A stretch of DNA of 64,000 nucleotides from the NCBI RefSeq assembly GCF_006345805.1, contig NC_043012.1, positions 59,396,001-59,460,000 on the forward strand, in the 5' to 3' direction. Shown one piece after another: positions 1-12,373 of the stretch. The notes under the pieces are model-generated. The model made no database searches. It worked only from the letters and a program-made list of their open reading frames with translations, and had not been told where the DNA came from. Source of the stretch: Octopus sinensis. Lineage: Eukaryota. The translations under genes and the position numbers were made by a program. Each line of letters opens with the position of its first letter. Position 1 is the stretch's first letter.

Positions 1-84
1 AGGATACAACGCGTCGCGGGAATCGAACTCACAACCTTACGATCATGAGCCAAATGCCCTAACCACTAAGCCACGCGCCCTCAC
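1..84 (-). mobile_element. tRNA-derived SINE 5' head (runs off window start)
   Basis: Minus strand reads GGCGCGTGGCTTAGTGGTTAGGGC...GAGTTCGATTCCC (Pol III A and B boxes); similar head at 47580-47658. Confidence 0.8.
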
Positions 85-106
85 TCTCTCTATATATATA
101 TACATA

Positions 107-300
107 GTCAATCCAAATATGAACAAGCAAGAAAAACAACAACGCAAGACATGGAATAAGTACTGTGTTATTGGACGCTCAGGGAAGGAAAGAAAAGAAA
201 GAAGATTTAACGTTTCGAGCGGAGCTTTTCATCAGAAGTATAGAAAAAGACTAAAGAAGGGAAGACGGAGAAAGAAAATCGCCAACGATACACACGCGTT
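107..300 (-). mobile_element. Penelope-like terminal fragment carrying a hammerhead motif; homologous to 59020-59207
   Basis: Shares GAGCTCCGCTCGAAACGTTAAA...CCTGAGCGTCCAATAA-like sequence with 59076-59140 on the opposite strand. The PLE call is inferred from the hammerhead type. Confidence 0.55.
205..239 (-). ncRNA. Minimal type I hammerhead motif, core intact, stems damaged
   Basis: actt CTGATGA A AAGC tcc GCTC GAAA CG T T aaat; A-C mismatch at the base of stem II and one mismatch in stem I. Confidence 0.5.
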
Positions 301-522
301 CACACATATGCAAATTAGAAAATCTCTATAAACGATGAAAATAGTAACTATCCTCAGAAGTAATGTTTCTCGCCACATCAATATGACTGTTCTGTGTTAC
401 TATCATTTTGAACCCCTGCAAGCCTCCTTCAGCTAGTCTAGTTATCGATGCAATCTGCAACCGATATATATATTACAAGGAGGGGAGCGAACACCTACCA
501 TCTCTCTAACTGATGACGGGAT

Positions 523-568
523 CACCAGACCGCACAGTTTCGACCTATTTTGTACATCGTCATTGGTG
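523..568 (-). ncRNA. Degenerate hammerhead relic
   Basis: CACCA ATGACGA T GTACAAAATAGGTC GAAA CTGTGCGG T C TGGTG; stem I 5 bp perfect, C3 mutated to A, stem II broken. Confidence 0.45.
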
Positions 569-837
569 AACACCAGTTTGCGAAAGATAGATGTAGCTCG
601 CTCCAGCTCGCAATATGCACAAAACCAAGTGACAATCATTCACTGATCTTGCAACAAGCAATGTAGCTAGTTAAAAAATATCTAGAATAAAGGAAAGTAG
701 TAGCTATACTGAGAAGTAATTCTTTATCGCCAAATCACTATGGCTGTTCTATAGGAATCGAAGTTACTACCGTTTTTAACCCAGGAGTAATCTTCTCCAG
801 TTGCTTATCAATGCAGTCCGCACCCGATATATACTGC

Positions 838-882
838 CCACTGACAATGGCCATAAATAGCCCGAAACCATACGGCCTGGTG
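838..882 (+). ncRNA. Degenerate hammerhead relic (same family as 523-568)
   Basis: CCA CTGACAA T GGCCATAAATAGCCC GAAA CCATACGG C C TGG; G8 mutated to A and U16.1 to C. Confidence 0.45.
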
Positions 883-1009
883 ATTATATATCGAGCGTAG
901 ACTGCATTGATAAGCAAGTGGAGGCGACCCCTCCTTGGGTTAAAAACTATAGTATCGTTGATTCCTATAGAACAGCCATATTGATGTGGTTATAAACATT
1001 ACTTCTTCC

Positions 1010-1063
1010 TCTCTCTTTCTGTCTATCTGTCTGTCTGCCTGCCTGTCTGTCTGTCTGTCTGTC

Positions 1064-1117
<54 letters not shown>

Positions 1118-1231
1118 GCATACATACATTCATACACCCTCACACACACACACATATATATATAATTACAGGACTCAGTGTAAATATATGCAGAACGTAC
1201 GTGCACACACGCATACACACACATACTATAC

Positions 1232-1280
<49 letters not shown>

Positions 1281-1285
1281 CATAT

Positions 1286-1322
<37 letters not shown>

Positions 1323-1345
1323 ATATATATATTCATATATATGTG
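1010..1345. repeat. Compound microsatellite (CTGT, CT, AT, CA)
   Basis: Directly visible. Confidence 0.95.
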
Positions 1346-3976
1346 TGTGTGTCTTTGTGCGTGTACCTTTGTGCGTGTGTGTATCGTATATGTGCTTTCT
1401 TTGAATTTCTGTGAAAGCTTTCGCTCTTACCAGTAGTTCTGTTAGCATTCTGTGGTTGTTTAGGGGTTTCTTCTTCCGTCCAGGTTTCTGTATTACCTCC
1501 TCTCAAAGTAGATAAATATTTTTGAAACATATTTCGCAGAAGATCGAAATTCATTTGTAAACCTATTTATCTAAGCTTGTCTTTTTTATATTTTCTCCGA
1601 AATTGATAAACTACTCGGATCTGGAAAAAGAATCTGTGGAACATTCCTCTCTATTTTACTTTATTACTTCATATTTATCTATTTGAACAAACATCAACTG
1701 TTTCTTTCCACTGTAAATAAGAATGTCGCTATTCTCTTTATCATTACTTCCTCCTCTCTTCTTTCTTTTTCCGCTCTCTCCTTTCCTCTATTTTTACTAT
1801 TTTTCTACCTTTGCATTCTATAAAATCTCTTGTTTGTTTGTTTTCCTTCTTAAATTGCTTTCTCTCTCCTGTTAGTGTCGTTAAAGCACCGAAAATTCGA
1901 CCTCCTTCCTGTTCTCATAAAATGGAAATGAATCAAATTTGTTTATGGAATTTTTTACAGCTTTTAAATACATTTTATTTCATGTTTATTGTATTGGTAT
2001 GCTATTTTATATGTTTTAATATGAGGAACGATTAATTCCTTTCTCTATCAGTGTACGCACCTCCCTGGCCTAAAATTTCTTTCTTTTCTGTCCTTCATTA
2101 CACAACTCTCACTAGCTGTTTCTCTCTCCTTATCACCGCAGTCATTTACTTTAATGCTTTTGCTTGCTTCTACAATTCAACTCAGTATAATCGTGAATTG
2201 ACTTACCTTTTCTTCTGTGCATCTTTCTATCTACATTAATTTAGTCTTACTCATTGTTATTCGTTTACACGTTCCCCTCTTATAAACACCATCGTTTACA
2301 CAAAGCTTGTTGTATTCCACGTTATACAGCAGTAGATCTCTATCATCTTTCATCGCCATTTCTTTCCCTTTCTTAATTCCTTTTTCTCTTCTTCTTTCCC
2401 CATATATGTACCTAAGTACGACTTATTTTATCACTCAATCAACCTTATACCCTGTTTTTCACCTAAATAACATGCTAACCGCGAACTGTTAGATATTTGA
2501 TATTAGATTTAGGATGCCCGTATATATAAGCCACGTGTTTCTCTTAAATTTCATTTTAAGTGTAACTGATTTCCGTTTTTAGATAGAACCAGCATTTAAT
2601 ATGTTAAACAGAGCTTATCTTTGTACTGAAAATCTCAATACACTAGAAACTTTATTATCACATACAATTTTATCAAATGGTTATCATTATTAAAATTAAT
2701 AAGACTAATTCACTACTTTATATTATTTCTGTGTTAGCTTAGACTGCGGATGAGAACACTTTGGAATCAACCTGTCAAAGTGATATTAAATAACCTCTTG
2801 TGTCTGGGGACTTGACATAGCACCTTGTGCTAGTGATACCAATCACTCCAGCCGCCTATACAAATGTTACAGTGAAGTCCAAAGTTCTGTGATATACAGG
2901 CAAATGTTTATAACATACTCCATACAGCTGTGATAGCCGTTGATGGCCGCAACAGTTTGGTAACATTTCATTATCTTGCTCTTAGCTTTGTCATTCGTAT
3001 CTCACTATCAAAATCTTGAATATGACACTAATATGTGCCCCCATTCCTACGCTGCAAACTGATCCAATAAAATGTTGCTACCCTGGCATGGACTTGAATC
3101 TCAAATGGGGCTTCAGGATAGAATTAATTGCATTAGAATACCAAAAGTGGCAGTAACAACCACCCTGCGTTCTATTACCTCTGTAGAAAAGCTTGATCTG
3201 TCCTATTGGCCTCGACTTCTTAGTGAGCCAGACAAGGCAGACTAAGACCTGTAACATATTCAAGACCTTTTCCACTGGTGGGGATGAGTGGAGAAAGCTA
3301 TTCTCAGATCAGAGACTTAGGTTGATTGCTTGTAATAAAGTGTAATCCATGAAAGGTATTATGCGTCTAATATTGTAAGCCATATAAAGTATACTACATA
3401 ACAATAGGAGTGATACCTCTCCTTCGAACTTCCACATAACTTCTGTTTTTTTTCTACTAAATTCCACTCACGAGGCCTTCGTCGACCCGAGGCCATGTCT
3501 GGCTCCATTCGTTTATTCAGATTCTGCTACATTACTCATAAAAAAAATATACGTTTCAGACGAAATAAATAAATAAATAAATGAAAAATAGAGAAAATAC
3601 AGAAATATCTACCGCTGGCAATGAAGCCTGTTTAATAGTCTTGACTAGACGGAAATTAACCAACAACGCCCGCTCGCCTGCCACTTCGTAATTTTTCAAT
3701 ATTTTAATTTTTAATGAAATTAAAGAAGAAAAAAATGCAAAATTCATCGAAAATTTAAAAGGGAAATTCTGATTAGTAAATAGGATTGTTGGTTGGAAAA
3801 TAGCATTAATTAATTAAATATCGGAAAGCTCAACTATTTGTGACAGATTCATTAAAAAATTTGTTTGATGCACAAATTTTTGTAATGAAAGGTTTCTCAG
3901 GCATGGAAATACTCAAGTGGATTAAATACTGGACTAACAAAGCGTGTTTTAAGTAATTTTCAATACACACTCCTGC

Positions 3977-4766
3977 ATATTATTCCAGCAGAACGCCTAA
4001 GAGCTTAAATAAGAGATATCTATCTGTGGTCGGATAAGACACTAGGCTCTCTCAGGTAACCCACTAACATGAACTCTTACCTGTTTCGTTCTCGATAGTT
4101 AGGTAGACTGAGATGCCTAACACTAAGTACGCATCGTGAAGGTTCTATATCGAGCATGGGCAACCATTTTCGAAAAGTGGGACGTATGAGACATAGTTCA
4201 ACAACAAACGGGTGTCATTAGTAAAACTCTAAAAACACCCAAGAAACTGTTCGTCAGGTGTGCCATTTAGAAAGACGTCCGCGCCCCGCAGATTGCCCAT
4301 GCGAAAACTACATTGTGACTTACCTAGCTAGAGATAGCAGCAAAATCTCTCTCAGATCAAACTTCAACGTATACTTCCTCAACGAGGAAGGACGCGTTGT
4401 ACAAAAAGATCTAGATACTCTTAAATTCTCAAGAGATCAAATATTGGACTAACAAAACGCGTTGTAATTAGTTTTCATTATATTTTTCTGTATATTATTC
4501 GTGTAGAACGCATAATTCTAAACAACTAGTTTAAATAAGAGTTATCTGCTGTTAGATAAAACACTACCCTATGTCAGGTAACTTACCAACACGACCTCAT
4601 TCCAATTCTGTTCACTATACGTACCTGGGTTGCGGTGAGTAGAACAAAATGTATATCGAGAAAGGTTCACATAATGGTTCATGCTGCTAGATATAGTGAC
4701 GAAATCAACTGCACAGCAATTGAAACACCAAAATGTCCTTCTTAAACGAGGAAGGACATATTGGAC
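3977..4766. repeat. Old diverged direct duplication (about 3977-4449 and 4491-4766)
   Basis: Shared blocks ATATTATTC, AGAACGC, TTAAATAAGAG, GATAA.ACACTA, TCAGGTAAC, GAAGGTTC/AAAGGTTC, AACGAGGAAGGAC, ATATTGGAC in the same order. Confidence 0.6.
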
Positions 4767-5008
4767 GATGTTGTGTTAACTGCTCTTAGAAATTGACGGG
4801 AAAGCTATGGCCAGAATGCTTTTTATAATAGCATTGTTCAGTCAGGTCTGGCTTGGGGTTAAACAACAATAGTAATGACAACAGTGGCAGGAACAGCAGT
4901 AATAAAAAAAACCACCACCAACAACAACAGCAGTAGCAACTACAACAATAAATTTCTTGCTATGGAATTGATAGTTCTTGGGGCGAGTATTCGAAGAGTT
5001 CTTTCATT

Positions 5009-5292
5009 GACCGCCTGGCAGAAACGCTAGCACGCCGGGCGAAATGCTTAGGGGTATTTCGTCGGCCGCTACGTTCTGAGTTCAAATTCCGCCGAGGTCG
5101 ACTTTGCCTTTCATCCTTTCGGGGTCGATAAATTAAGTACCAGTTATGCACTGGGCTCGATATAATCGACTTAATCTGTTTGTCTGTCCTTGTTTGTCCT
5201 CTCTGTGTTTAGCCCCTTGTGGGTAGTAAAGAAATAAGAAACGTTTGCACGCCGGGCGAAATGCTTAGCGGTATTTCGTCTGTCTTTACGTT
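5009..5292 (+). mobile_element. SINE family A (tRNA-like head; one unit plus the start of a second)
   Basis: CTGGCAGAAACGCTAGCACGCCGGGCGAAATGC...GAGTTCAAATTCCGCCGAGGTCGAC; near-identical to 42076 and 61590. Confidence 0.9.
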
Positions 5293-5422
5293 CTTCTTCT
5301 TCTTCTTCTTCTTCTTCTTCTTCTTCTTCTTCTCTTCTTCTTCTTCTTCTTCTTCTTCTCTTCTTCTTCTTCTTCTTCTTCTTCTTCTTCTTCTTCTTCT
5401 TCTTCTTCTTCTTCTTCTTCTT
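5291..5422. repeat. (CTT)n microsatellite
   Basis: Directly visible. Confidence 0.95.
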
Positions 5423-5518
5423 TTGTCAGCTGTTCACTACCAGTGAACTAAGGTAACGCCTCTTATTTTTTCGAGCACCTTCCGGAGTATTCGAGCGGTT
5501 CCAATTATTATTATTATT

Positions 5519-6010
5519 CTATGTTTGACTTTTGATTTATGTTTGTACAAGTTGGCTCCAAGCCTCACCCAGAGACCTCAAGAGACAACAGGTTGGAATT
5601 TCACGTTGTTGTTATGCCTAGTGTGCCATATATTTAGGTTCTTTTGGTTTTTTGGGGGTGTTGTACTGGTGAATGTCTAATAAATAAATTTAAAAAGAAG
5701 AAAAAAAAAGTTTGTTTTAAACCTTGAGATTACATAGAGAGAATTTTGCGTAGGATATGAGCAGTTCCCATGAGTACTATCTTTTGAATTTCTGCCATTT
5801 TGGGGTTTCCTGGTATCTGAGTTAGGTAGCAATCAGCCCCTTTCGCTATCATTCCCAGGGCACCTAAGACAACAGGTATTGTTTTAGTCTTCAGGTTCCA
5901 CATTTTGCTGATTTCTATTTCAAGATCTTTACATTTGCTCAGTTTCTGGTAGGTCTTGACAGATACGTTTATATCGATTGGGACAGTCATATCAATGAGG
6001 AGGCATGTTC
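5519..6010 (-). mobile_element. 5'-truncated R4/Dong-type non-LTR retrotransposon (restriction-like endonuclease C-terminus plus 3' UTR)
   Basis: Frame reads TCLLIDMTVPIDINVSVKTYQKLSKCKDLEIEISKMWNLKTKTIPVVLGALG...IQKIVLMGTAHILRKILSM* (stop at 5730); flanked on both sides by TAA repeats on the element strand. Confidence 0.8.
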
Positions 6011-6074
<64 letters not shown>

Positions 6075-6084
6075 TTATTATTAA

Positions 6085-6172
<88 letters not shown>
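6011..6172. repeat. (TTA)n microsatellite
   Basis: Directly visible. Confidence 0.95.
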
Positions 6173-6721
6173 GAGTGAGAGAGCAGTACATGCCATCAAA
6201 GTGACACTGGGGTAAAATATACGAAGCCCAATATACCCATCATGACTACCCGTCTGATAAAGGTACACCAGGCACATGCATCACAACCATATGTGCGCGA
6301 CATGGTGATCTCATATCAAGATAAACAGCACATGACCTTGCAGGTGGGGCCCAGTTAGAATTTTCTTCAGGTTGAGTAGCCCATCCCGCTCAAAAGGTCC
6401 CTGAATAAGGGTTGTTTAAGGATGTTGAAAGAACCACCCATGTTTCCAGAGGTGAATTATTCAAACCCCAAAGAATCCCTCTCAACACATGGCTATGATG
6501 CTCCCCCACTACTTCTGCTCGTGATCAGAGATGCACATATCGTCAGCCACTAAGGGACATGCTCAACTGGTTAAGGTCAAACAACTGACAAGCAAATCTG
6601 TGGTATTGAGCAGAATATTTGCTGTAGCCCATCTTTTATACCAAGACAAAACAATGTACATGATAACACTTCCAATCAGTTAAGATCAGAAGCCATGAGA
6701 GCCACTGCTTGGTACTGCATC
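6173..6721 (-). mobile_element. ~550 bp non-coding element embedded in (TAA)n, copy 1
   Basis: Colinear reverse complement of 8116-8665; TTA tracts on both sides. The strand is assigned as the TAA-reading strand by analogy with the neighbouring LINEs. Confidence 0.8.
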
Positions 6722-6777
<56 letters not shown>

Positions 6778-7911
6778 GCTATATGATATATATTACATAG
6801 TGTGTATGTTTATACGTTTGTATGTATGGTGCCTTTGGGCACAATTCTCATAGTGCCCGCGGAGTTAATTTTACGCAGAACCGCATCATTGGAAGCGTAT
6901 ATAATTTTTTAATCTCCACATCAATATTTGCACTCGTTTTGAAGCACAATACCTTCTTCGTGCCAAATTTATTGATGAAAATAGCTCAAGTGTTCATCGA
7001 CACACTGCTGTACAAGTGTCGAGGTAAGATACGGAACATAAACCAAGACTTTACAAGCTACGTATGAACTATTCTATCATCTGAGCGGCCGCCATCTGAT
7101 TTTTCTCTCTCTCTTTCTCTTTCTCCTTCTCTCTCTCTCTTTCTCTCTCCCCCCCTCTCTCTCTCTCTCTCTCTCTTTCTACCTCTCGTCTCTTCCGACT
7201 TCTTTCTCTCATTCATATATATCTCCGTGAAAACATGATATTTGAACAGAAAGTCATTGACAGCGTAGTTTTTAATCGAAAGTTAATAAAAGTAGGTAAT
7301 CGCCTGCTGAAATGATCTTGATATATTGGATAAAAATGTAATAATACGGCAGTAGTTATAGTAGTAGAAGTAGTAATAGTAGTAGTAGTTAGCAGTTTGT
7401 CTATGCGTATGAGTCAATTTTCCAGAGATGAAAAGCTCAGCTTTGAGATTCCGTTCAAGAGTTTAATAAGGTCAAGTGAACTACTCGAGATAACTTTCAT
7501 CTTTTCATATTTTTATTACATAAAGAAAAACAGCAGTTGACCTTCACTTTTCGGAAGTAATAGCAGTGTGTGAATGAATCGTATGAATAGAAAATGAATC
7601 GAATAAATCACGGCATTTGATCATCAAAACAGATAAACATTTTGGAAAATGTTAAGATCGAAAATGATAAGTTAGTAGTTGAAATAATTTTAGATGGAGA
7701 AATATCGAAGTAATTAGAAAAACGCTGATGCAGAAGTCATAGCTAAAATGTTTACTCATCGATAATGTAAACGTGTTTATTGTGTTACTCACATTTTGGT
7801 TTATTTTATATTTACGTTTTTATTTTTTTTATTTTTCATACTCATTCCAACTTGAACTTGACGGAGTTTCAATAGCGTTTATATATAGCTCCCGCCACGT
7901 CTAGTTTTGAA

Positions 7912-7961
7912 AATAAATAAATAATAATAATAATGATAATAATAATAATAATAATAATAAA

Positions 7962-8055
<94 letters not shown>

Positions 8056-8066
8056 TAATAATAATA

Positions 8067-8104
<38 letters not shown>

Positions 8105-8115
8105 TAATAATAATA
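7912..8115. repeat. (TAA)n microsatellite
   Basis: Directly visible. Confidence 0.95.
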
Positions 8116-8665
8116 AATGCCCTGATGCAGTACCAGGCAATAACTCTCATGGCTGCTGATCTTAACTGATTGGAGGTGTTATCATGTACATTGTTTTGCC
8201 TTGGTATAAAAGATGGGCTACTGCAAATATTCTGCACAATACCACAGATTTGCTTGTGAGTTGTTTGACCCTAACCAGTTGAGCATGTGCCTTAGTGGCT
8301 GACGGTAGGTGCATCTCTGATCACGAGCAGAAGTAGTGCGGGAGCATCACAGCCGTGTGTTGAGTGGGATTTTTGGGGGTTTGAATAATTCACCTCTGGA
8401 AACATGGGTGGTTCGTTCAACATCTTTAAACAATCCTTATTCAGGGACCTTTTGAGCGGGATGGGCAACTCTACCAGAAAAAAATTCTAACTGGGCCCCA
8501 CCTGCAAGGTCATGCGCCGTTTATCTTGATCACCATGTTGCACACATATGCTTGTGATGCATGTGCCTGGTGTACCCTTATCAGACGGGTAGTCGTGATG
8601 GGTATACTGGGCTTCGTATATTGTAACCCAGTGTCACTTTGATGGCATGCACTGTTCTCTTACAC
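8116..8665 (+). mobile_element. ~550 bp non-coding element embedded in (TAA)n, copy 2
   Basis: AATGCCCTGATGCAGTACC...GATGGCATGCACTGTTCTCTTACAC then (AAT)n; inverted homologue of 6173-6721. Confidence 0.8.
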
Positions 8666-8693
8666 AATAATAATAATAATAATAATAATAATG

Positions 8694-8733
<40 letters not shown>

Positions 8734-8746
8734 CAACAATAACAAT

Positions 8747-8857
8747 ACAGAACACTTTCCATACAATAACCATCAGAGAATCACAGCACATACCTAAGGC
8801 ACACAGAGCTGCGCTCGGTAGTGAAGTGAAAGCACGCTATAAAAATAAAACTACTGA
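8747..8857 (+). mobile_element. Probable short 3' end of another TAA-tailed retroelement
   Basis: A 110 bp unique island between TAA/CAA tracts, ending AAAATAAAACTACTG-(AAT)n; family is inferred. Confidence 0.4.
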
Positions 8858-8876
8858 ATAACAATAATAATAATAA

Positions 8877-9382
8877 TGTGACTCACTAATTGATACTCGG
8901 AGACCAGATATTGGTGTGGTAGAGAGTGTGAAAAAAGGAAACCAAGGTGATAGATATTGCAGTACCTGGGGATGCACGCACAAGTGACGAAGAACTAGAA
9001 AACATTGAAAACTGCAGACTACTAAGAGACGAAATTGCAAGAATGAGGACTATGAGGGTAGTGTCTGTCATTCCAGTAGTTGTAGGGCACTCGGAGCACT
9101 AACAACCAAATTCGAGAAATACGTTAAAGAAATCGGAATTGATATGAGAGCAGAGCAAGCTCAAAAAACTGCCCTGCTGGGGACTGCTAGGATTTTGAGA
9201 TTCGTACTTGGATATTGAATACCCACCATGATAATTCACAACCAAATATCAAAGCTTATAATGTGCGGAAAGAGACTCTGTGAGACCTCTGACAGTAGGC
9301 TACTGTCCGCTCTCACAGAATATGAACCCGAGAACTAAAACAATAATGTATCCAATAGAAAAATAATATAATGTAATATAAT
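8877..9382 (+). mobile_element. 5'-truncated R4/Dong-type LINE, second family, frameshifted
   Basis: CDSLIDTRRPDIGVV / KETKVIDIAVPGDAR...IARMRTMRVVSVIPVVVG / ALGALTTKFEKYVKEIG...KTALLGTARILRFVLGY* (stop 9216-9218); PD..D endonuclease motif, two frameshifts, starts directly after (TAA)n. Confidence 0.85.
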
Positions 9383-9477
9383 ATCTGTGTATGCCTTCCA
9401 TATTTACTCTACTGTACTCTTCTACACACATACACACACACTCACGAACACACACACGCATGCGCGCGCACATACCC

Positions 9478-9882
9478 TTTTACTTGTTTCAGTCATTTGA
9501 CTGCAGCCATGCTGGAGCACCGCCTTTAGTCGAATCAAATCGACCCCATGACTTATTCTCTGTAAGCCTAGCACTTAGTCTATCAGTCTCTTTTGCCGAA
9601 CCGCTAAGTTACGGGGACGCAAACACACAATCATCGGTTGTGAAGTAATGTTGTGGGGACAAACACAAACACACAAGCATATACACACATATACACACAC
9701 ATATATATACATATATACGACAGGCTTCTTTCAGTTTCCGTCTACCAAATCCACTCACAAGGCTTTGGTCAGCCCGAAGCTATAGTAGAAGACACATGTC
9801 CATGGTGTCACGCAGTGGGACTGAACCCGGAACCATGGGGTTGATAAGCAAGCTACTTACCACACAGTCACTCCTGCGCCTA
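9478..9882 (-). mobile_element. SINE family B (tRNA-like head, internal CA/TA microsatellite, GTAAAAGA-type tail), full length
   Basis: Minus strand: TAGGCGCAGGAGTGACTGTGTGGTAAGTAGCTTGC...GACTGAAACAAGTAAA. Confidence 0.9.
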
Positions 9883-9886
9883 TCAT

Positions 9887-10106
9887 ATTTATTTCTTTAT
9901 TGCCCACAGGGGGCTAAACATAGAGGAGACAAACAAGGACAGACAAAAAGTTTCAGTCGATTACATCGACCTTAGTGTGTTGCTGATGCTTATTTAACAG
10001 ACCCCAAAAGGATGAAAAGCAAAGACGACTTCGGTGGAGTTTGAACTCAGAACGTAACGCTAGGCGAAATACCGCTAGGCATTTCGCCTGGCGTGCTTAC
10101 GATTTC
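9887..10106 (-). mobile_element. SINE family A, diverged
   Basis: Reverse complement of the 5009-5237 sequence with substitutions. Confidence 0.8.
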
Positions 10107-10384
10107 ATTGTCAAGGCGTTGTTCGGTCCAGGACTATGGAAGAAACCGGTCCAGGGTGCCGCGCAGCAGACGTTCATCCGAAATCATATGGTTACAAAGC
10201 CAGTTTCTTAACAACTCTGCAACCATAAGTCACCATTTAAAAAAAAATCTCTCCTAGTTTTATACTCACAACACTCAACTTTCTCTCCTCTCGTTATCAT
10301 TTTATAAATGAAACTGAAATTAATGGAAAAATTTTATACACAAATCTTGCAGCCAACAAATTTTGTCTTCCTCACACAATTTTC

Positions 10385-10408
10385 AAATTCCATTAAGTAG
10401 CCAAATAT

Positions 10409-10475
<67 letters not shown>

Positions 10476-10592
10476 CTTTCTTTCTTCGTTTGTTTGCTTG
10501 GTTGTTCCTTCCTTCCTTCCTTCCTTCCTTCCTTCCTTCCTTCCTTCCTTCCTTTCTTCCTTCCTTCTAAATCTATTTGTCTCTCTCTATTT

Positions 10593-10642
<50 letters not shown>

Positions 10643-10687
10643 GTCTGTCTGTCTGTCTGTCTGTCTTTCTCTCTGTCGGTCTGTCTG

Positions 10688-10756
<69 letters not shown>

Positions 10757-10845
10757 ATATATATATGTATATCTATCTGTTTATCTATCTGTCTGTCTGT
10801 CTGTCTGTCTGTCTGTCGGTCTGTCTATCTATCTATCTATCTATC

Positions 10846-10890
<45 letters not shown>

Positions 10891-10955
10891 CCTACCTACC
10901 TACCTACCTACCTACCTACCTATCTACCTATCTATCTACCCACCTATCTATCTAT
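10385..10955. repeat. Compound tetranucleotide microsatellite (TTTC, TTCC, CTAT, CTGT, CTAC)
   Basis: Directly visible. Confidence 0.95.
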
Positions 10956-11358
10956 CAGTCAGTTTACTAAATATTCTTGTCTTCCTTTTCGCTTTTTCTT
11001 TCCATGCCATTTCGTAGAGAGACAGCCTATATCTCATCTCATCTCATCCACACACACACGAAACTCACCGCCTCATTCCTCACCTCACCACTCCTCCAGT
11101 AAAACAGCCTCTTCCATTCCACGACCCACCTCCATCGCCAGTCCACGGCTCTCTCTCGAAACCATTGACCTACAGTTGATGTTACCATTGAGCATTAAAC
11201 GATATCAATCACAGCAATGGGGGAGGATCTACGAATTCTTCGTGGTAACTTCACATCTTCTCCGGATCAATTTATTAAAAGAATTTTTCTTTTCTCTGTG
11301 CAAGAAATTACAGATGTGTAAAATTATAAAACGATGTGCTAATATTTAGAAAGATATC

Positions 11359-11360
<2 letters not shown>

Positions 11361-11392
<32 letters not shown>

Positions 11393-11463
11393 CCATCATC
11401 ACCATCACCATCATCACCATCACCATCGTCAATATCATCATCATCATCATCATCATCATCAGT

Positions 11464-11506
<43 letters not shown>

Positions 11507-11699
11507 CCTTCGTCATCTTCGTCATATTTGTCATCGTCGCCGTCGTATTCTTCTTCTTCTTCTTCTTCTTCATCATCATCATGATCATCATCCTCATCCT
11601 CCTCCTCATCATCATCATCATCATCCTCATCGTTATCGTCGCCGTTATCATCGTCGTTGTCGTCGTTTTCTTCTTCTTCTTCTCTTCTTCTTCTTCTTC

Positions 11700-11731
<32 letters not shown>

Positions 11732-11816
11732 GTTATTATTATTGTTATTATCAGCATCATCAGCAGCAGCAGCAGCAGCATCATCATCATCATCATCCTC
11801 ATCATCATCATCATCA

Positions 11817-11885
<69 letters not shown>
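11361..11885. repeat. Compound trinucleotide microsatellite (CAT, CTT, ATT, CAG)
   Basis: Directly visible. Confidence 0.95.
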
Positions 11886-11886
<1 letters not shown>

Positions 11887-12373
11887 CCTATCTCAAGTAC
11901 AAATTAATTACCGCTGCGGTTGTCTGTGTTTGGTTGTCTGTGTTCCCTCGAGCCACTGCCGTCCATCATAACTTAATTGTTGCATGCATCGTTGTTGTTG
12001 CTATCCTTGTAGTTGTTTTTGTTTTTGTTGTTGTTGATGTTGTTGTTATTGATGCTGTTTAGCCCCAGTCCAACCCTGATCGATCAGAACTAATGATCAA
12101 AAGAACTTAATCATTTTCGAAAGAAAATTCTTTCGAAACCACAACAAATGTCAGAAAACTTATAGAAACAAGCCACATTAAATACAACAACAACAAAAAC
12201 ACCTCCACCACCACCACCATCACCACCACCAATACCACCACCACCACCACCACCAACAACAACAGCAACAATAATTATTTCTGATTAAATCGGAGCATAT
12301 TTTTAGTTAACCTTCAATTAATTTTCAGTCGACCTTCAGATATTAACACATTGCCCTCATTCCAATATGACAT

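Larger units (their letters stand above)
356..1006. mobile_element. Inverted arrangement of ~120 bp terminal arms with two hammerhead relics (Penelope-like termini or MITE-like palindrome)
   Basis: Arm 712-833 is the reverse complement of 885-1006 (AGAAGTAAT...TATGGCTGTTCTATAGGAATC...TTGCTTATCAATGCAGTC...CGATATATA); a diverged third arm lies at 356-475. Confidence 0.7.

Noticed and set aside
2760-3400. Possible decayed transposon coding sequence (also 31560-32200)
   Set aside because: The composition suggests old coding DNA, but no diagnostic motif could be read.
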